Shown: positions 48,526-58,651 of the stretch, in pieces
Layout: each line of letters begins with the position of its first letter
How positions within the stretch are numbered: the stretch's first letter is position 1
Origin: an uncultured Novosphingobium sp.
GTDB taxonomy: Bacteria > Pseudomonadota > Alphaproteobacteria > Sphingomonadales > Sphingomonadaceae
Length of the DNA: 64,000 nt
NCBI GenBank assembly: GCA_964520765.1
Contig: CAZFPW010000001.1
Coordinates: 11,876 to 75,875, forward strand
Reading direction: 5' to 3'
Position numbers and translations under genes: made by a program
The notes under the pieces: generated by a model
Databases searched by the model: none
What the model saw: the letters and a program-made list of their open reading frames with translations, nothing else
Told to the model about the DNA's origin: nothing

Positions 48526-50796
48526 ATGACGACGATGATCCTCGATCGCCGTAACTTCCTGGTCTCCGCCACGGTGCTCGGCGGCGGGATGGCGCTGGGC
48601 ATCGGTCGGGGCGAGACTCGGAGCGCCGACGATGCCGCACCGGTCGGTCCCTGGGGCCCAGACAGCGCGGCCGGCATCGAGTTCTCGCCCTGGATCGAGA
48701 TCGCCGCCGACGACACCGTAACCGTGCGCGTGCCGCAACCCGAGATCGGCAACGGCGCAATGACCCAGGCGGCGATGACCGTCGCCGAGGAGCTTGAATG
48801 CGACTGGAGCAAGGTCCGCGTGGCCTTCGCCTCGATCCAGCGCAATCACGTCGAGAACAAGGTCTATGCGGTCGGCTTCCAACCGTTCTTCGGCGGCCAC
48901 AGCACCGAAAAGGAGCGGATGCGGCACGTCCTCCAGCTAGGCGCAAGCGCGCGGGAACGATTGAAGGCGGCAGCGGCGGCGCGCTGGAGCGTGCCGGCGG
49001 CCGAGATCGGCGTGAAGGATAGCGTGCTGACCCATGCCGCCTCGCGCCGCAGCCTGCGCTTCGGCGAGGTGGCTGCCGATGCGGCGAAAATCGTCCTGCC
49101 CGCCGAACCCGCGCCCAAGCCGCGCAGCGAATGGAAGCTGCTCGGCAAGAAATCGCTGCCCAAGCTCAATATACCGGAGATCGTCACCGGCAAGGCGATC
49201 TTCGGCATCGACGTGAAGCTGCCCGGAATGGTCCACGCGGCGCTGATCCAGGCACCGGTCCACGGCGGCAGGCTGAAGAGCCACAAGCCCGAGGCGGCGC
49301 TCAAGCTGCCGGGGGTCCACGCGGTCGTGGTGATCGATCCGGCCAAGACCCGAGGCGCGCCGGTCAAGGAGGCCAGCACGTTCGGCCTGGGAGATTCCGT
49401 CGCCCAGAGCGGGGTTGCCGTGATCGCCGACCACTACTGGCAGGCGCGCCAGGCGCTCGAAGCGCTGCCGATCGAGTGGGACGCGGGGCCAGGCGCGCAA
49501 TGGACCGACGCGGAGAAAATCTACGCCGCGGGCAGCGAGCTTCGCGGCAATGCGGGCGCACAGACCTTGCACAAGCGAGGCGATGTCGCAACCGCCTCCG
49601 GCAAGCGCGTGGTCGAAGGCGACTACGGCACACCCTACTGCGAGAACGCGGCGATGGAACCGCTCAATGCAACGGTCCTCGTCACCGCCGACAGCGCCGA
49701 AGCATGGGTTCCAACGCAGGATCAGCAGCAGGCCTATTGGGTGGTGATCGACGAAACCGGCCTCCCGCCCGAGCAGGTTCGCGTCCACCAGACCTATGTG
49801 GGCGGCGGCTTTGGCCGGCGTACGCAAGCCGACGACGTGCGCATGGCCGTTGCCGTGGCGAAGGAGTTCCCCGGCAAGCCGGTCAAGGTCATCTGGACGC
49901 GCGAGGAGACGTTTCGCCAGGGGCGCTATCGCACGCCGATCTTCACCAGATTCCGCGCCACGCTCGACGATGCGACCGGTCTGCCCCAGGCGATGACGGG
50001 CGAAATGGCCTATGTCGGCACGCGGCCCGCGTTCATGCTGCCGCTGGGCTATTTCGACATTCCCTACTTCCACAGCGGCATCATCCCGAACGTCCGGCTG
50101 ACCGGCGCGAACCTGCCGATGCACATCCTCAACGGCGCCTGGCGGGCCCCCTGCTACAATAGCCATGTCTTCAACTTGGAGACGTTCATCGACGAATGCG
50201 CGGTGACCGCCGGCATCGACCCGCTCGAATATCGGCTCAAGCTTCTGGAAACGTGGGACAAGCCGTGGAGCGACTGCCTGCGCGTGGTCGCGGACAAGGC
50301 CGGATGGAACACGCCGCTGCCCAAGGGCCAAGGGCGCGGCATCGCCATCTCCTGCTGGCCGATGGCGAGCATTCATCACAACGGATCGATCATCGCCACG
50401 GTCGCGCGCGTCTCGGTGAGCCGGGAGGGCGAGCTGAAGGTCGAGCAGATCGACGTCGCCTTCGACTGCGGCAGCGTCGCCAATCCCGACGCGGTCCGCG
50501 CGCAAATCGAAGGCGGGACCTGTTTCGGGCTCAATGCCGCGCTGAACGAAGAGCTGACGGTCAAGGATGGCGCGATCGTGGAGGGCAATTTCCACGAGTA
50601 CCCGATGGTCCGCATGGCCGACGTGCCTCCGGTCAACGTGCATTTCGACGCGCTTTCGGGCCACGAGCGGATGGCGATCATCGGCGAAGCGCCTACCGGG
50701 CCGATCCAGCCGGCGATCGGCAATGCGATTTTCGCCGCGACGGGCAAACGCATACGCCGCACTCCCTTCCGCAAACAGGACCTCTCCTGGTCCTAG
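48526..50796 (+). CDS. Molybdopterin-binding large subunit (IorB / aldehyde oxidoreductase-like), Tat-exported
   Basis: DRRNFL, EIGNG, VAEELE, MEPLN, GGGFGRR, AQIEGG, NAIFAATGKRIR. Confidence 0.92.
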   Translation: MTTMILDRRNFLVSATVLGGGMALGIGRGETRSADDAAPVGPWGPDSAAGIEFSPWIEIAADDTVTVRVPQPEIGNGAMTQAAMTVAEELECDWSKVRVAFASIQRNHVENKVYAVGFQPFFGGHSTEKERMRHVLQLGASARERLKAAAAARWSVPAAEIGVKDSVLTHAASRRSLRFGEVAADAAKIVLPAEPAPKPRSEWKLLGKKSLPKLNIPEIVTGKAIFGIDVKLPGMVHAALIQAPVHGGRLKSHKPEAALKLPGVHAVVVIDPAKTRGAPVKEASTFGLGDSVAQSGVAVIADHYWQARQALEALPIEWDAGPGAQWTDAEKIYAAGSELRGNAGAQTLHKRGDVATASGKRVVEGDYGTPYCENAAMEPLNATVLVTADSAEAWVPTQDQQQAYWVVIDETGLPPEQVRVHQTYVGGGFGRRTQADDVRMAVAVAKEFPGKPVKVIWTREETFRQGRYRTPIFTRFRATLDDATGLPQAMTGEMAYVGTRPAFMLPLGYFDIPYFHSGIIPNVRLTGANLPMHILNGAWRAPCYNSHVFNLETFIDECAVTAGIDPLEYRLKLLETWDKPWSDCLRVVADKAGWNTPLPKGQGRGIAISCWPMASIHHNGSIIATVARVSVSREGELKVEQIDVAFDCGSVANPDAVRAQIEGGTCFGLNAALNEELTVKDGAIVEGNFHEYPMVRMADVPPVNVHFDALSGHERMAIIGEAPTGPIQPAIGNAIFAATGKRIRRTPFRKQDLSWS

Positions 50797-50814
50797 GCAT
50801 CGACAGGATTCAAG

Positions 50815-51966
50815 ATGAAACGCACTCTTTTATCGATCGTGCTGGGCGCTCTTGCACTAGGCCCGATCACCGGCAGTCCCGCCGTGGCCCGTACGGCGAC
50901 CACGCCGCTGATCGATTGCCCGCTGCGCGATGCGCCCTATTCCTCCAGCTCGCCGCTGATAGACATCCTTCTGAATCCTCAGGCCAAGGCCGCGGCCGGC
51001 AAGGTCATGCCCGCGCTCGCCGGCCCGATTCCGCCGGGTGTCCTCGGAACGACACCGCCGAGCTTCGCCTCGATCCTGACGATCAAGGAAGGCGCAGGGT
51101 TCCTCCGCCAGCCCTCGCCGGATCTTGCCGCGATCGATCGCGAACTCGCCAAGGTTCCGGTCACCCGCGCCGACAAGATCGCCCGCTGCGCCCGCTACGA
51201 CACGGTGCCGCCTCGCTTCGTCATCCCCGAAGGCCGCCCGCGCGTGCTGCTATTCGAGAAGATCAACGGTTTCCGCGACGGTCCCTCAGTCGATGCCGGC
51301 CACGCCGCCTTCGTCACCATGGCGCAGCGGAAAGGCTGGGCCTTGGTCACCACCCAGAACGGCGCCGCCTTCACCCCTCGCATCCTGCGCCAGTTCGACG
51401 TGGTGATCTGGAACAACATCAGCGGCGACGTCCTCACCCTCAGCCAGCGCCGGGCGTTCCGCAGCTGGATGGAAAAGGGCGGCGGCTTCGTCGGCGTACA
51501 CGGATCGGCAGGCGATCCGGTCTATTTCTGGGACTGGTATGTCGACGGACTGCTGGGCGCGCGGTTCCTCGGGCATCCGTCGACCCCACAGTTCCAGATC
51601 GCGCGGATCAAGCTCGAAGATACCGCGCATCCCGTGGCCAAGGGTTTGCCTCAGAAGTGGGACATGAACGACGAGTGGTATTCGTTCAAGACCAACCCCC
51701 GCGCGTCGGGCTCGCGGATAATCGCAACGCTCGACGAGAGTACCTACAAGCCCGAAGGCCGAGGCGGCATGGACCTGCGGATGGGCGATCATCCGATCGC
51801 CTGGAGCCGCTGCATCGGCACGGGAAACAAACGCGGCCGCATGTTCTATTCGGCCATCGGCCACCTGCCCGAACGCTATTCGGACGCGGTCTTCGTCCAG
51901 ATGCTTGAGCAAGGGGTCGACTGGGCAGCCGGACAAACCGGAAACGACTGTCAAACCCGGCGGTAG
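50815..51966 (+). CDS. Secreted ThuA-like domain protein
   Basis: GGGFVGVHGSAGD, ARFLGHP, DEWYSF, DHPIAW, FYSAIGH; signal peptide. Confidence 0.85.
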   Translation: MKRTLLSIVLGALALGPITGSPAVARTATTPLIDCPLRDAPYSSSSPLIDILLNPQAKAAAGKVMPALAGPIPPGVLGTTPPSFASILTIKEGAGFLRQPSPDLAAIDRELAKVPVTRADKIARCARYDTVPPRFVIPEGRPRVLLFEKINGFRDGPSVDAGHAAFVTMAQRKGWALVTTQNGAAFTPRILRQFDVVIWNNISGDVLTLSQRRAFRSWMEKGGGFVGVHGSAGDPVYFWDWYVDGLLGARFLGHPSTPQFQIARIKLEDTAHPVAKGLPQKWDMNDEWYSFKTNPRASGSRIIATLDESTYKPEGRGGMDLRMGDHPIAWSRCIGTGNKRGRMFYSAIGHLPERYSDAVFVQMLEQGVDWAAGQTGNDCQTRR

Positions 51967-52038
51967 CAGGCGGCCCACATCCCCATGCTGCTGCCCCAAA
52001 GCCCCCGCCTAAAAACAAAGACCAAGGGAGATGACGCG

Positions 52039-53916
52039 ATGATTAGTACCATCATGGCTGGCAGGCGCCGCCGAATGGCCGCCCTGACCGCAGCGACCGG
52101 CTCGCTTGGCCTCGCCGCGACGCTTGGCCTGACGGCGCAGCAGCCCGTGGTGGCCGCCGCCGCGGCGCCCGCCGACATCACCACGGTCTGCCGCGCCGAT
52201 GCCGTGCAGTCCGTCGCCGCAGCGCTAGGGGCCGGCGTGACGGTCAAGCCGATCCGCAACGGTCCAAACTTCCCTGGCGGGGTCAAGTTCACCGCCGCGG
52301 CCGGCGACGTGCCGGCGTTCTGCCAGGTCAGCGGCAGCTTCGTGACCAATCCCACGACCGGCAAGACCGCCAACTTCATGGCGACCTTCCCGGCCAACTG
52401 GAACGGCAAGTTCCTCCAACTCGGCTGCTCCGGACATTGCGGACAGTTCGCGGTGAGCGACCCTGCCAATCCGATGACCATCACCGTGACCAATCAGGGC
52501 ATGCCCTGGGATGGAATCAAGAAGGGCTATGCCCAGTTCGCGACCGATGAGGGCCACGAAGGCTTCTCCGGCGGAAACTGGGCGATCAAGGGCCCGGGAC
52601 AGGTCGACGAGGACGCCATCACCGACTTCTTCTACCGCGCCGACAAGGTACTGGCGCAAGTCGGCAAGCGCTTCACGACCGCATTCTACGATCGCGTACG
52701 CGGTGAAAAGCAGACCATCGCGCGGTCCTATTTCAACGGCTGCTCAGGCGGCGGCCGCGACGCGTTTGTGGCCGCATCCTACTTCCCTGAGGAATACGAC
52801 GGGATCATCGGCGGCTCGGCCTACAACCCGATGGGCACCTCGTTCCAGTTCGCCGGCGTCCCGATCGCCCAGCTCCGCTCGGAAGGCGCCGTGGTTCCGG
52901 CCAACCTGCTCCAGCAGATCGCCCCGCTCGTCACCGCGCAGTGTGACGGTCTGGACGGCGTCAAGGACGGCCTGATCCAGAACCCGGCCGCATGCAACTT
53001 CGTGGCGGAGCGCGACCTGCCCAAGTGCGATGGCAGCAACGCAGGCCAGTGCTTCACGCCCGAGCAGGCCGAGACCGTCAGCACCCTGCTGACCGCCGTG
53101 ACCGACGAGGATGGCAAGGTCGTCCAGCCCGGTCTCTCGGTCAGCGACCTTCAGGCGATGTCGTTCATCACACCCAAGCGACCGGCCGATCTCTCCGCGC
53201 GCGATCCCTTCCCCGGATCGGACAATGGAGACGTCAACGGCGCGGGATACTGGCCGCTGGCCGACGCCTATCTCAAGCTGTTCGTCCACAAGAACGATCC
53301 GGCCTTCTTCACCCGCGACATCATCCGGTTCCAGCGCGGCGGGCCGGGTAAAGTCAGCCGCTACCGCATCGTCGTGCCCAAGGCCGAGGTCGCGCTGCTG
53401 CGGCAGCGCACGGCGATGGGCATCGGGCATTTCCCCAGGAACTTCGACCGGTTCATCCGGCAGGACCGCAAGTTCCTGATGTGGCACAATCTCAGCGACA
53501 ACGTGCTGACGCCGTACATGTCGATCAACTTCTACAAGGAGCTTGCGCGGATGCACGGCGGCTACGGCAAGCTGCAGCGCAACGTCCGCCTGTTCGGCCT
53601 GCCCGGAACCGGCCATTGCAGCATGAGCGGCGAAGGGCCGAACACGTTCGACGCCCTGACCGCGATGGAGAATTGGGTGGAGAAAGGCATCGCCCCTGAC
53701 GCCCTCCCCGCCGTGCAATACTCGGTCAACGCGCTGGGCCTCAAGGACTTCACCAAGCCTCAGGGCCGCGGAATGCCGCTGTGCAAGTTCCCCGAAATGG
53801 CGCGCTACAAGGGCGTTGGCGATGTCAGGAATGCGGCGAACTGGGAGTGCCGGCCCGGCGACAGGCGGATGCTGCAGATCGGTGAAAGCGGCCGACAGGC
53901 CGGCGTGATCGACTGA
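52039..53916 (+). CDS. Tannase/feruloyl esterase family hydrolase (copy 6)
   Basis: TDEGH, GCSGGG, GHCSM; paralog of copies 1 and 3. Confidence 0.93.
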   Translation: MISTIMAGRRRRMAALTAATGSLGLAATLGLTAQQPVVAAAAAPADITTVCRADAVQSVAAALGAGVTVKPIRNGPNFPGGVKFTAAAGDVPAFCQVSGSFVTNPTTGKTANFMATFPANWNGKFLQLGCSGHCGQFAVSDPANPMTITVTNQGMPWDGIKKGYAQFATDEGHEGFSGGNWAIKGPGQVDEDAITDFFYRADKVLAQVGKRFTTAFYDRVRGEKQTIARSYFNGCSGGGRDAFVAASYFPEEYDGIIGGSAYNPMGTSFQFAGVPIAQLRSEGAVVPANLLQQIAPLVTAQCDGLDGVKDGLIQNPAACNFVAERDLPKCDGSNAGQCFTPEQAETVSTLLTAVTDEDGKVVQPGLSVSDLQAMSFITPKRPADLSARDPFPGSDNGDVNGAGYWPLADAYLKLFVHKNDPAFFTRDIIRFQRGGPGKVSRYRIVVPKAEVALLRQRTAMGIGHFPRNFDRFIRQDRKFLMWHNLSDNVLTPYMSINFYKELARMHGGYGKLQRNVRLFGLPGTGHCSMSGEGPNTFDALTAMENWVEKGIAPDALPAVQYSVNALGLKDFTKPQGRGMPLCKFPEMARYKGVGDVRNAANWECRPGDRRMLQIGESGRQAGVID

Positions 53917-53934
53917 CACTTCTCCCTCTACCCC

Positions 53935-53968
53935 GCAACGGGCGCGGTCGGACCGCCGCGCCCGTTGC
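53935..53968 (+). terminator. Strong hairpin after tannase copy 6 (terminator or stabiliser)
   Basis: 13-bp stem GCAACGGGCGCGG/CCGCGCCCGTTGC; no U-tract. Confidence 0.5.
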
Positions 53969-54004
53969 GCCCGACACCTTGCCCCCGAAGAGATAGCTCG
54001 ACCC

Positions 54005-54018
54005 ATCCCATTTGGGGG
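54005..54018. promoter_or_regulatory. 14-bp palindromic box ATCCCATTTGGGGG
   Basis: One of 9 copies; upstream of acyl-CoA synthetase 2. Confidence 0.7.
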
Positions 54019-54120
54019 CGGCCATCCCCGAATTTATGGCGCATGGGAAGACGATACCGCGCCTTTGGGCGGTCGACGACAATCGGAAAGGTGCGAAAAC
54101 GCGCCGAGCGGAGAGATGAC

Positions 54121-55782
54121 GTGAACATGGACACCCTCACCCCCTCGAACACAGCCGTTCGCGTCTATGCGGAAACCTACGCGACGTTCGATCTGGACGC
54201 CGCCCAACGCGACATCCTTGGGGACGGCACCATGAACGCCGCGGCGCTCTGCTGCGACCGGCATTGCGGCACAAGCGCGACCGCCCTGATCTGCGTCGAT
54301 GCAGCCGGCACGGCCGAGCGGTACACCTTCGAAGACCTGAAGGATCTGTCCGAACGCTTTGCCGGAGCCCTGCAGGCGCAAGGGGTCCGCGCGGGCGACA
54401 CCGTGGCGGCGCTGCTGCCGCGCAAGGTGGAACTGGTCGTAACGGCCCTGGCCGCCTGGCGGATCGGCGCGCTCTACCAGCCGCTGTTCACCGCCTTCGG
54501 CCCCAAGGCGATCGAGCAGCGCGTGCGGGGCTCGGGCGCGAAGGTCATCATCGTCGATCATGTGAACCGTCCGAAGCTCGACGAAGTGGACTGCACGGCA
54601 CGTATCGTCACCGTCGCGGCCGGCGCGGGCTCCATCCCGGGCAGGGATCTCGATTTCCAGGCAGAGCTTGAAGCGGCCGTTCCGATAACCGAGCCGGTCG
54701 TCCTGACCGCCGACGACCCGTTCCTGATGCTGTTCACCTCGGGCACGACCGGCGCGCCCAAGCCGCTGCTGGTGCCGCTCAAGGCCATCGCGCCCTTCGC
54801 GCTCTACGTCCGCGATGCGATCGGCGTTACCCCGGACCACCGCTTCTGGAACATCGCCGATCCGGGCTGGGCCTATGGCCTCTACTACGCGATTATCGGC
54901 CCCCTGGCGCTCGGCCATACGACGATGCTGCACGATGCGCCGTTCACGGTCGAAGACACCGTGGCGGTCATCGAGGCGTTCGGCATCACCAACCTCGCCG
55001 GATCGCCGACCGCGTTCCGCCGCGTGATGGCCACGGGGCCTGAAGCCGTGGCGCCGATCAAAGGCAAGCTCCGCGCCGTCAGCAGCGCCGGCGAGCCGCT
55101 GAACCCGGAAGTCATCCGCTGGTTCGCGCAGCATCTCGATACGACGATCCACGATCACTATGGGCAGACCGAGCTGGGCATGGTGGTGTGCAACCATCAT
55201 GCGCTCGCCCACCCGGTTCATGAGGGCGCAGCCGGGGTTTCCGCGCCTGGGGTGCGCATGGTCGTGATCGACGATACCGGCGTAGAGCTTCCGCCGGGCC
55301 AGCCGGGGAACCTTGCGCTCGATCGCCGCGGCTCGCCGCTGTTCTGGTTTACCGGCTATCGCGGCGTGCCTACGCCGTCGCTGGGCGAACGCCATTACCT
55401 GACCGGCGACACTGCGGAACTCAACACGGACGGCAGCATCAGCTTCGTCGGCCGAGCCGACGACGTGATCACCTCGTCCGGCTACCGGATCGGCCCCTTC
55501 GACGTGGAAAGCGCGCTGATCGAGCACTCTGCGGTGGTCGAAACCGCCGTGATCGGCAAGCCGGACCCGAAGCGAACCGAGATCGTCAAGGCCTTCGTCA
55601 TCCTGCAACCCGGCGTCACCGCCACTGCGGAACTTGCCGAGGATTTGCGCGTCCATGTGCGCCAGCGGCTGGCCGCGCATGCCTACCCCCGCGAGATCGA
55701 GTTCGTCGAAACCCTGCCCAAGACGCCGAGCGGCAAGATCCAGCGCTTCATCCTGCGCAACGCGGAAATCGCGAAAGGCTAA
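54121..55782 (+). CDS. Acyl-CoA synthetase / AMP-binding protein (copy 2)
   Basis: FTSGTTGAPK, DHYGQTE, LPKTPSGK; start at GTG 54121 or ATG 54127. Confidence 0.93.
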   Translation: MNMDTLTPSNTAVRVYAETYATFDLDAAQRDILGDGTMNAAALCCDRHCGTSATALICVDAAGTAERYTFEDLKDLSERFAGALQAQGVRAGDTVAALLPRKVELVVTALAAWRIGALYQPLFTAFGPKAIEQRVRGSGAKVIIVDHVNRPKLDEVDCTARIVTVAAGAGSIPGRDLDFQAELEAAVPITEPVVLTADDPFLMLFTSGTTGAPKPLLVPLKAIAPFALYVRDAIGVTPDHRFWNIADPGWAYGLYYAIIGPLALGHTTMLHDAPFTVEDTVAVIEAFGITNLAGSPTAFRRVMATGPEAVAPIKGKLRAVSSAGEPLNPEVIRWFAQHLDTTIHDHYGQTELGMVVCNHHALAHPVHEGAAGVSAPGVRMVVIDDTGVELPPGQPGNLALDRRGSPLFWFTGYRGVPTPSLGERHYLTGDTAELNTDGSISFVGRADDVITSSGYRIGPFDVESALIEHSAVVETAVIGKPDPKRTEIVKAFVILQPGVTATAELAEDLRVHVRQRLAAHAYPREIEFVETLPKTPSGKIQRFILRNAEIAKG

Positions 55783-56915
55783 CCGTTCCTGATGAGCTCG
55801 GACACCGGTTCGGGCGCCAGGGCCAGAACGCTGCCCATGATGATCCGGACGAGGTCGGGCAGTCCGCGCGATCCCGTCTTGGCATAGATCGACTTCGAAT
55901 AGCTGCGCGCCGTTTCGATCGTCAGTTTCAATTCCTCGGCCGCCTCGGCAATCGACTTGCCGCGACACAATGCAAGCGCCAGGCGCGCTTCGCTGGGCGA
56001 GAGCGAGAACAGATCGACCAACTGGCCGCACCGATCGGTCGAACGCCAGTTGTCACCGTGGACATAGGCGATCACGACCGGCGCGGCGCTGGTCATCAGA
56101 CTCTTCTCGCGCGTGGGCACCAGCAGCATGTCGAGCCAGGGGTCGCTACGCAGCGGGATGGCACGCGGACGGCTTTGCGGATCGGCAGCGATCCTGGCGA
56201 CCGCATCGAGCACTTCGCGCTCGAGCTGCTGCGGCTTGATCGACAGCCGCCCGAAGCGATTGCGGGAAATAACGCCCGACTGCGCAAGAAGCCTCTCCCC
56301 GAACTGGTCTGATGCGACGACCTGCCCCGCCTGATCGAGCGCCACCCAGCCGAACTGCAGGCGCGAAACGGCCTCAGCCGTCAGCGCCGCGGTGAACCGG
56401 TCGTGCTCCCTGGCGATGTAGTTGCGGAACATGCCCCTGAGATACGGAGCGATCCGCACAAGCAGGTCGGATTCCTCCTTCCCGAAATCGTCGCCATGCC
56501 GAGCGATCGTCAGCCAAGCGTCGATCCCGCTCGCTTCCTCGACCCGCATCGTGCGAACCGCGCTGATGCCCTCCAATTCGACCAGTTCTTCGTAGAACGA
56601 TGCGTGCTCACCCTCGTCCAGCTTGAGCAGATCGTGCATCGAGTAAGGTATGCCTTCCGGCGTGCGCCCGCCCTGAACCGCGCCGTTGCGGAAGAAGTGG
56701 CGGCGATACATCTCGTTGCTTTGCGTCAGCGTCACCGGGCCGGAGGTAAGCTGATACGCCTCATCCGGCGGCATGCCGGGCGGCTGAAAGATCAGGACCG
56801 CGACATCAGCATGCGTCGCCACCCTGATGCGGTCGAGAAACGTCTTCCATAGCGGCGTCTCGAACGGACCATCAAGCAGCGCCGTCACCAGATCGCCAAG
56901 ATCCGCCGAACCCAT
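55779..56915 (-). CDS. LuxR-type C-terminal HTH transcriptional regulator with N-terminal sensory domains
   Basis: LSPSEARLALALCRGKSIAEAAEELKLTIETARSYSKSIYAKTG. Confidence 0.9.
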   Translation of the reverse strand: MGSADLGDLVTALLDGPFETPLWKTFLDRIRVATHADVAVLIFQPPGMPPDEAYQLTSGPVTLTQSNEMYRRHFFRNGAVQGGRTPEGIPYSMHDLLKLDEGEHASFYEELVELEGISAVRTMRVEEASGIDAWLTIARHGDDFGKEESDLLVRIAPYLRGMFRNYIAREHDRFTAALTAEAVSRLQFGWVALDQAGQVVASDQFGERLLAQSGVISRNRFGRLSIKPQQLEREVLDAVARIAADPQSRPRAIPLRSDPWLDMLLVPTREKSLMTSAAPVVIAYVHGDNWRSTDRCGQLVDLFSLSPSEARLALALCRGKSIAEAAEELKLTIETARSYSKSIYAKTGSRGLPDLVRIIMGSVLALAPEPVSELIRNG

Positions 56916-56935
56916 CGAATTGCCTCTCCGCCCTC

Positions 56936-56949
56936 CCCCCAGATGGGAG
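56936..56949. promoter_or_regulatory. 14-bp palindromic box CCCCCAGATGGGAG
   Basis: One of 9 copies; 20 bp upstream of the LuxR-type gene. Confidence 0.8.
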
Positions 56950-57024
56950 TTACGCGACGATACCCGATTCCGAATAGATGCGAAACGCCCGGCAGCATGG
57001 CCGGCTGGCGGGAGAACGAATTCC

Positions 57025-58023
57025 ATGACAGGTCCCGACACTCTGCCCACGCTGCACGTCCCGGCGCGCGATCTTCCGATACCGGCTCACCTTAGTCCCG
57101 AAGCACAGATGCAACTCGCCCAGGGAACGATGTCCAACCCGCCATGGCCCGAGCTGGACGACATCGCTAGCTGGCGCGCGATGATCGCCGAGATGGACCG
57201 CATCGGCCTGGCCGGACTGTCGATGATGGCGCAAGGGATCGACGTGGACGTCACCGAGATCGACGCTGACGGTGCTCGGGTCTTCGTGGCCACTCCGCGC
57301 GGCCTCTCGCAGCAGGACGACCGCGCAGTCTACCTGGACTTCCACGGTGGCGCGCTGCTGTGGGGCGGCGGCGAGTGCTGCCGCGCGATGGCGGCGATCA
57401 GTGCAGGCCTGGTGGGCGCCAAGGTCTGGGCGGTCGACTACCGCATGGCGCCGGATCACCCATTTCCCGCCGCCATAGACGATGGCCTTGCCGCCTATCG
57501 TGCGCTGCTGTGCGAGCATTCCCCCGAGGACATCATCGTCGGCGGCCCGTCGGCAGGCGGCAACTTCGCCGCGGCGACGATCCTGCGCGCCCGCGACGAA
57601 GGCCTCCCCCTGCCCGCAGGCGCCGTGCTGATGACTCCCGAGATCGACCTCACCGAAAGCGGCGATTCCTTCCGGTCCCTGCTCGGTATCGACACTGCGC
57701 TCACGAGCAGCCTGATGCCGGCCAACTTGCTCTATGCCGATGGGCACGACCTGCGCGATCCCTATGTCTCGCCGCTGTTCGGCGACTTCACCAAAGGCTT
57801 TCCCCCGACCTTCCTGCAAAGCGGCACGCGCGACCTGTTCCTTTCGAACACCGTCCTGATGCACCGCGCCCTGCGCCGCGCCGGCATCGAGGCCGAGTTG
57901 CACGTCTTCGACGCTGCCACGCACGTCATGTTCATGGCCGGGCCCGAGAGCGAAGACCGGACGCAGGAATTGCAGCGGTTCGTGAACCGAATCTGGCGTC
58001 GGACGAAGCCGGGCAACGCATGA
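57025..58023 (+). CDS. HSL-family alpha/beta hydrolase (cytoplasmic)
   Basis: HGGAL, GPSAGG; paralog of 38648-39643. Confidence 0.92.
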   Translation: MTGPDTLPTLHVPARDLPIPAHLSPEAQMQLAQGTMSNPPWPELDDIASWRAMIAEMDRIGLAGLSMMAQGIDVDVTEIDADGARVFVATPRGLSQQDDRAVYLDFHGGALLWGGGECCRAMAAISAGLVGAKVWAVDYRMAPDHPFPAAIDDGLAAYRALLCEHSPEDIIVGGPSAGGNFAAATILRARDEGLPLPAGAVLMTPEIDLTESGDSFRSLLGIDTALTSSLMPANLLYADGHDLRDPYVSPLFGDFTKGFPPTFLQSGTRDLFLSNTVLMHRALRRAGIEAELHVFDAATHVMFMAGPESEDRTQELQRFVNRIWRRTKPGNA

Positions 58024-58078
58024 AACCCACGATGCCAATCATTGTGCACCGTTTGCCATAGGCAAGCCAGGACCTTGC

Positions 58079-58378
58079 CTATTCGGCTTCGACTTCGATG
58101 AAGTGAACGGTCGGCACGGCGCCCGCAGCGTAGGGCAGCAGCATTTCCCGAAACTCGACGTGCGCAGGCTCGTGACGCGATTCCTGGTGGACCTCGATGG
58201 AATCCCACTCGGCGAGAAACATGATGCGATCCGGGTGCTCCACGCACTGCATGACCTTGAACGAGCGGCAGCCGGTATATTGCCTGGTCAGCGCAAGCCC
58301 GCGCGTGCTGAGCAGCCGGACCGCTTCAGCGACCAGATCTTCTTTGATGTGAATTTCAGCGCGTTCGAGGACCATCAT
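58079..58378 (-). CDS. ABM domain protein (copy 2)
   Basis: VLERAEI...QYTGC...FLAEWDSIEVH; paralog of 2038-2325. Confidence 0.85.
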   Translation of the reverse strand: MMVLERAEIHIKEDLVAEAVRLLSTRGLALTRQYTGCRSFKVMQCVEHPDRIMFLAEWDSIEVHQESRHEPAHVEFREMLLPYAAGAVPTVHFIEVEAE

Positions 58379-58484
58379 CTTCTCCCGGTTCAAGATATTC
58401 GACAATGTACGGTTCGACGCCATGATCCCGATGGTCGATGGCATGACCTATAGCGGCCTAATCGAAAGCGCTTCCGCAGCATCA

Positions 58485-58498
58485 CTCCCATCTGGGGG
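58485..58498. promoter_or_regulatory. 14-bp palindromic box CTCCCATCTGGGGG
   Basis: One of 9 copies; between the divergent ABM and yjcH-actP genes. Confidence 0.8.
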
Positions 58499-58651
58499 TT
58501 ATAAACAAATCGCGCCGGGATAGAGCTTGAACGACCGCCGCTGCGGTCGATCGCCATATAATCAGGCATTCCATTGGCCGTAGTTCCACATTGGATACAC
58601 TCAGCGAGGACGCTATCGAGTGCCGGTCGGGATGGAGAGGGAACTGGGGCA

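Noticed and set aside
2431..53916. Naming the cluster as a PET/MHET, tannin or mycotoxin degradation pathway
   Set aside because: Family membership alone does not give the substrate, and no diagnostic downstream genes such as ring dioxygenases are in the window
29644..58498. 14-bp palindromes as CRISPR repeats, REP elements or terminators
   Set aside because: They are kilobases apart, have no cas genes or U-tracts nearby, and always lie upstream of start codons
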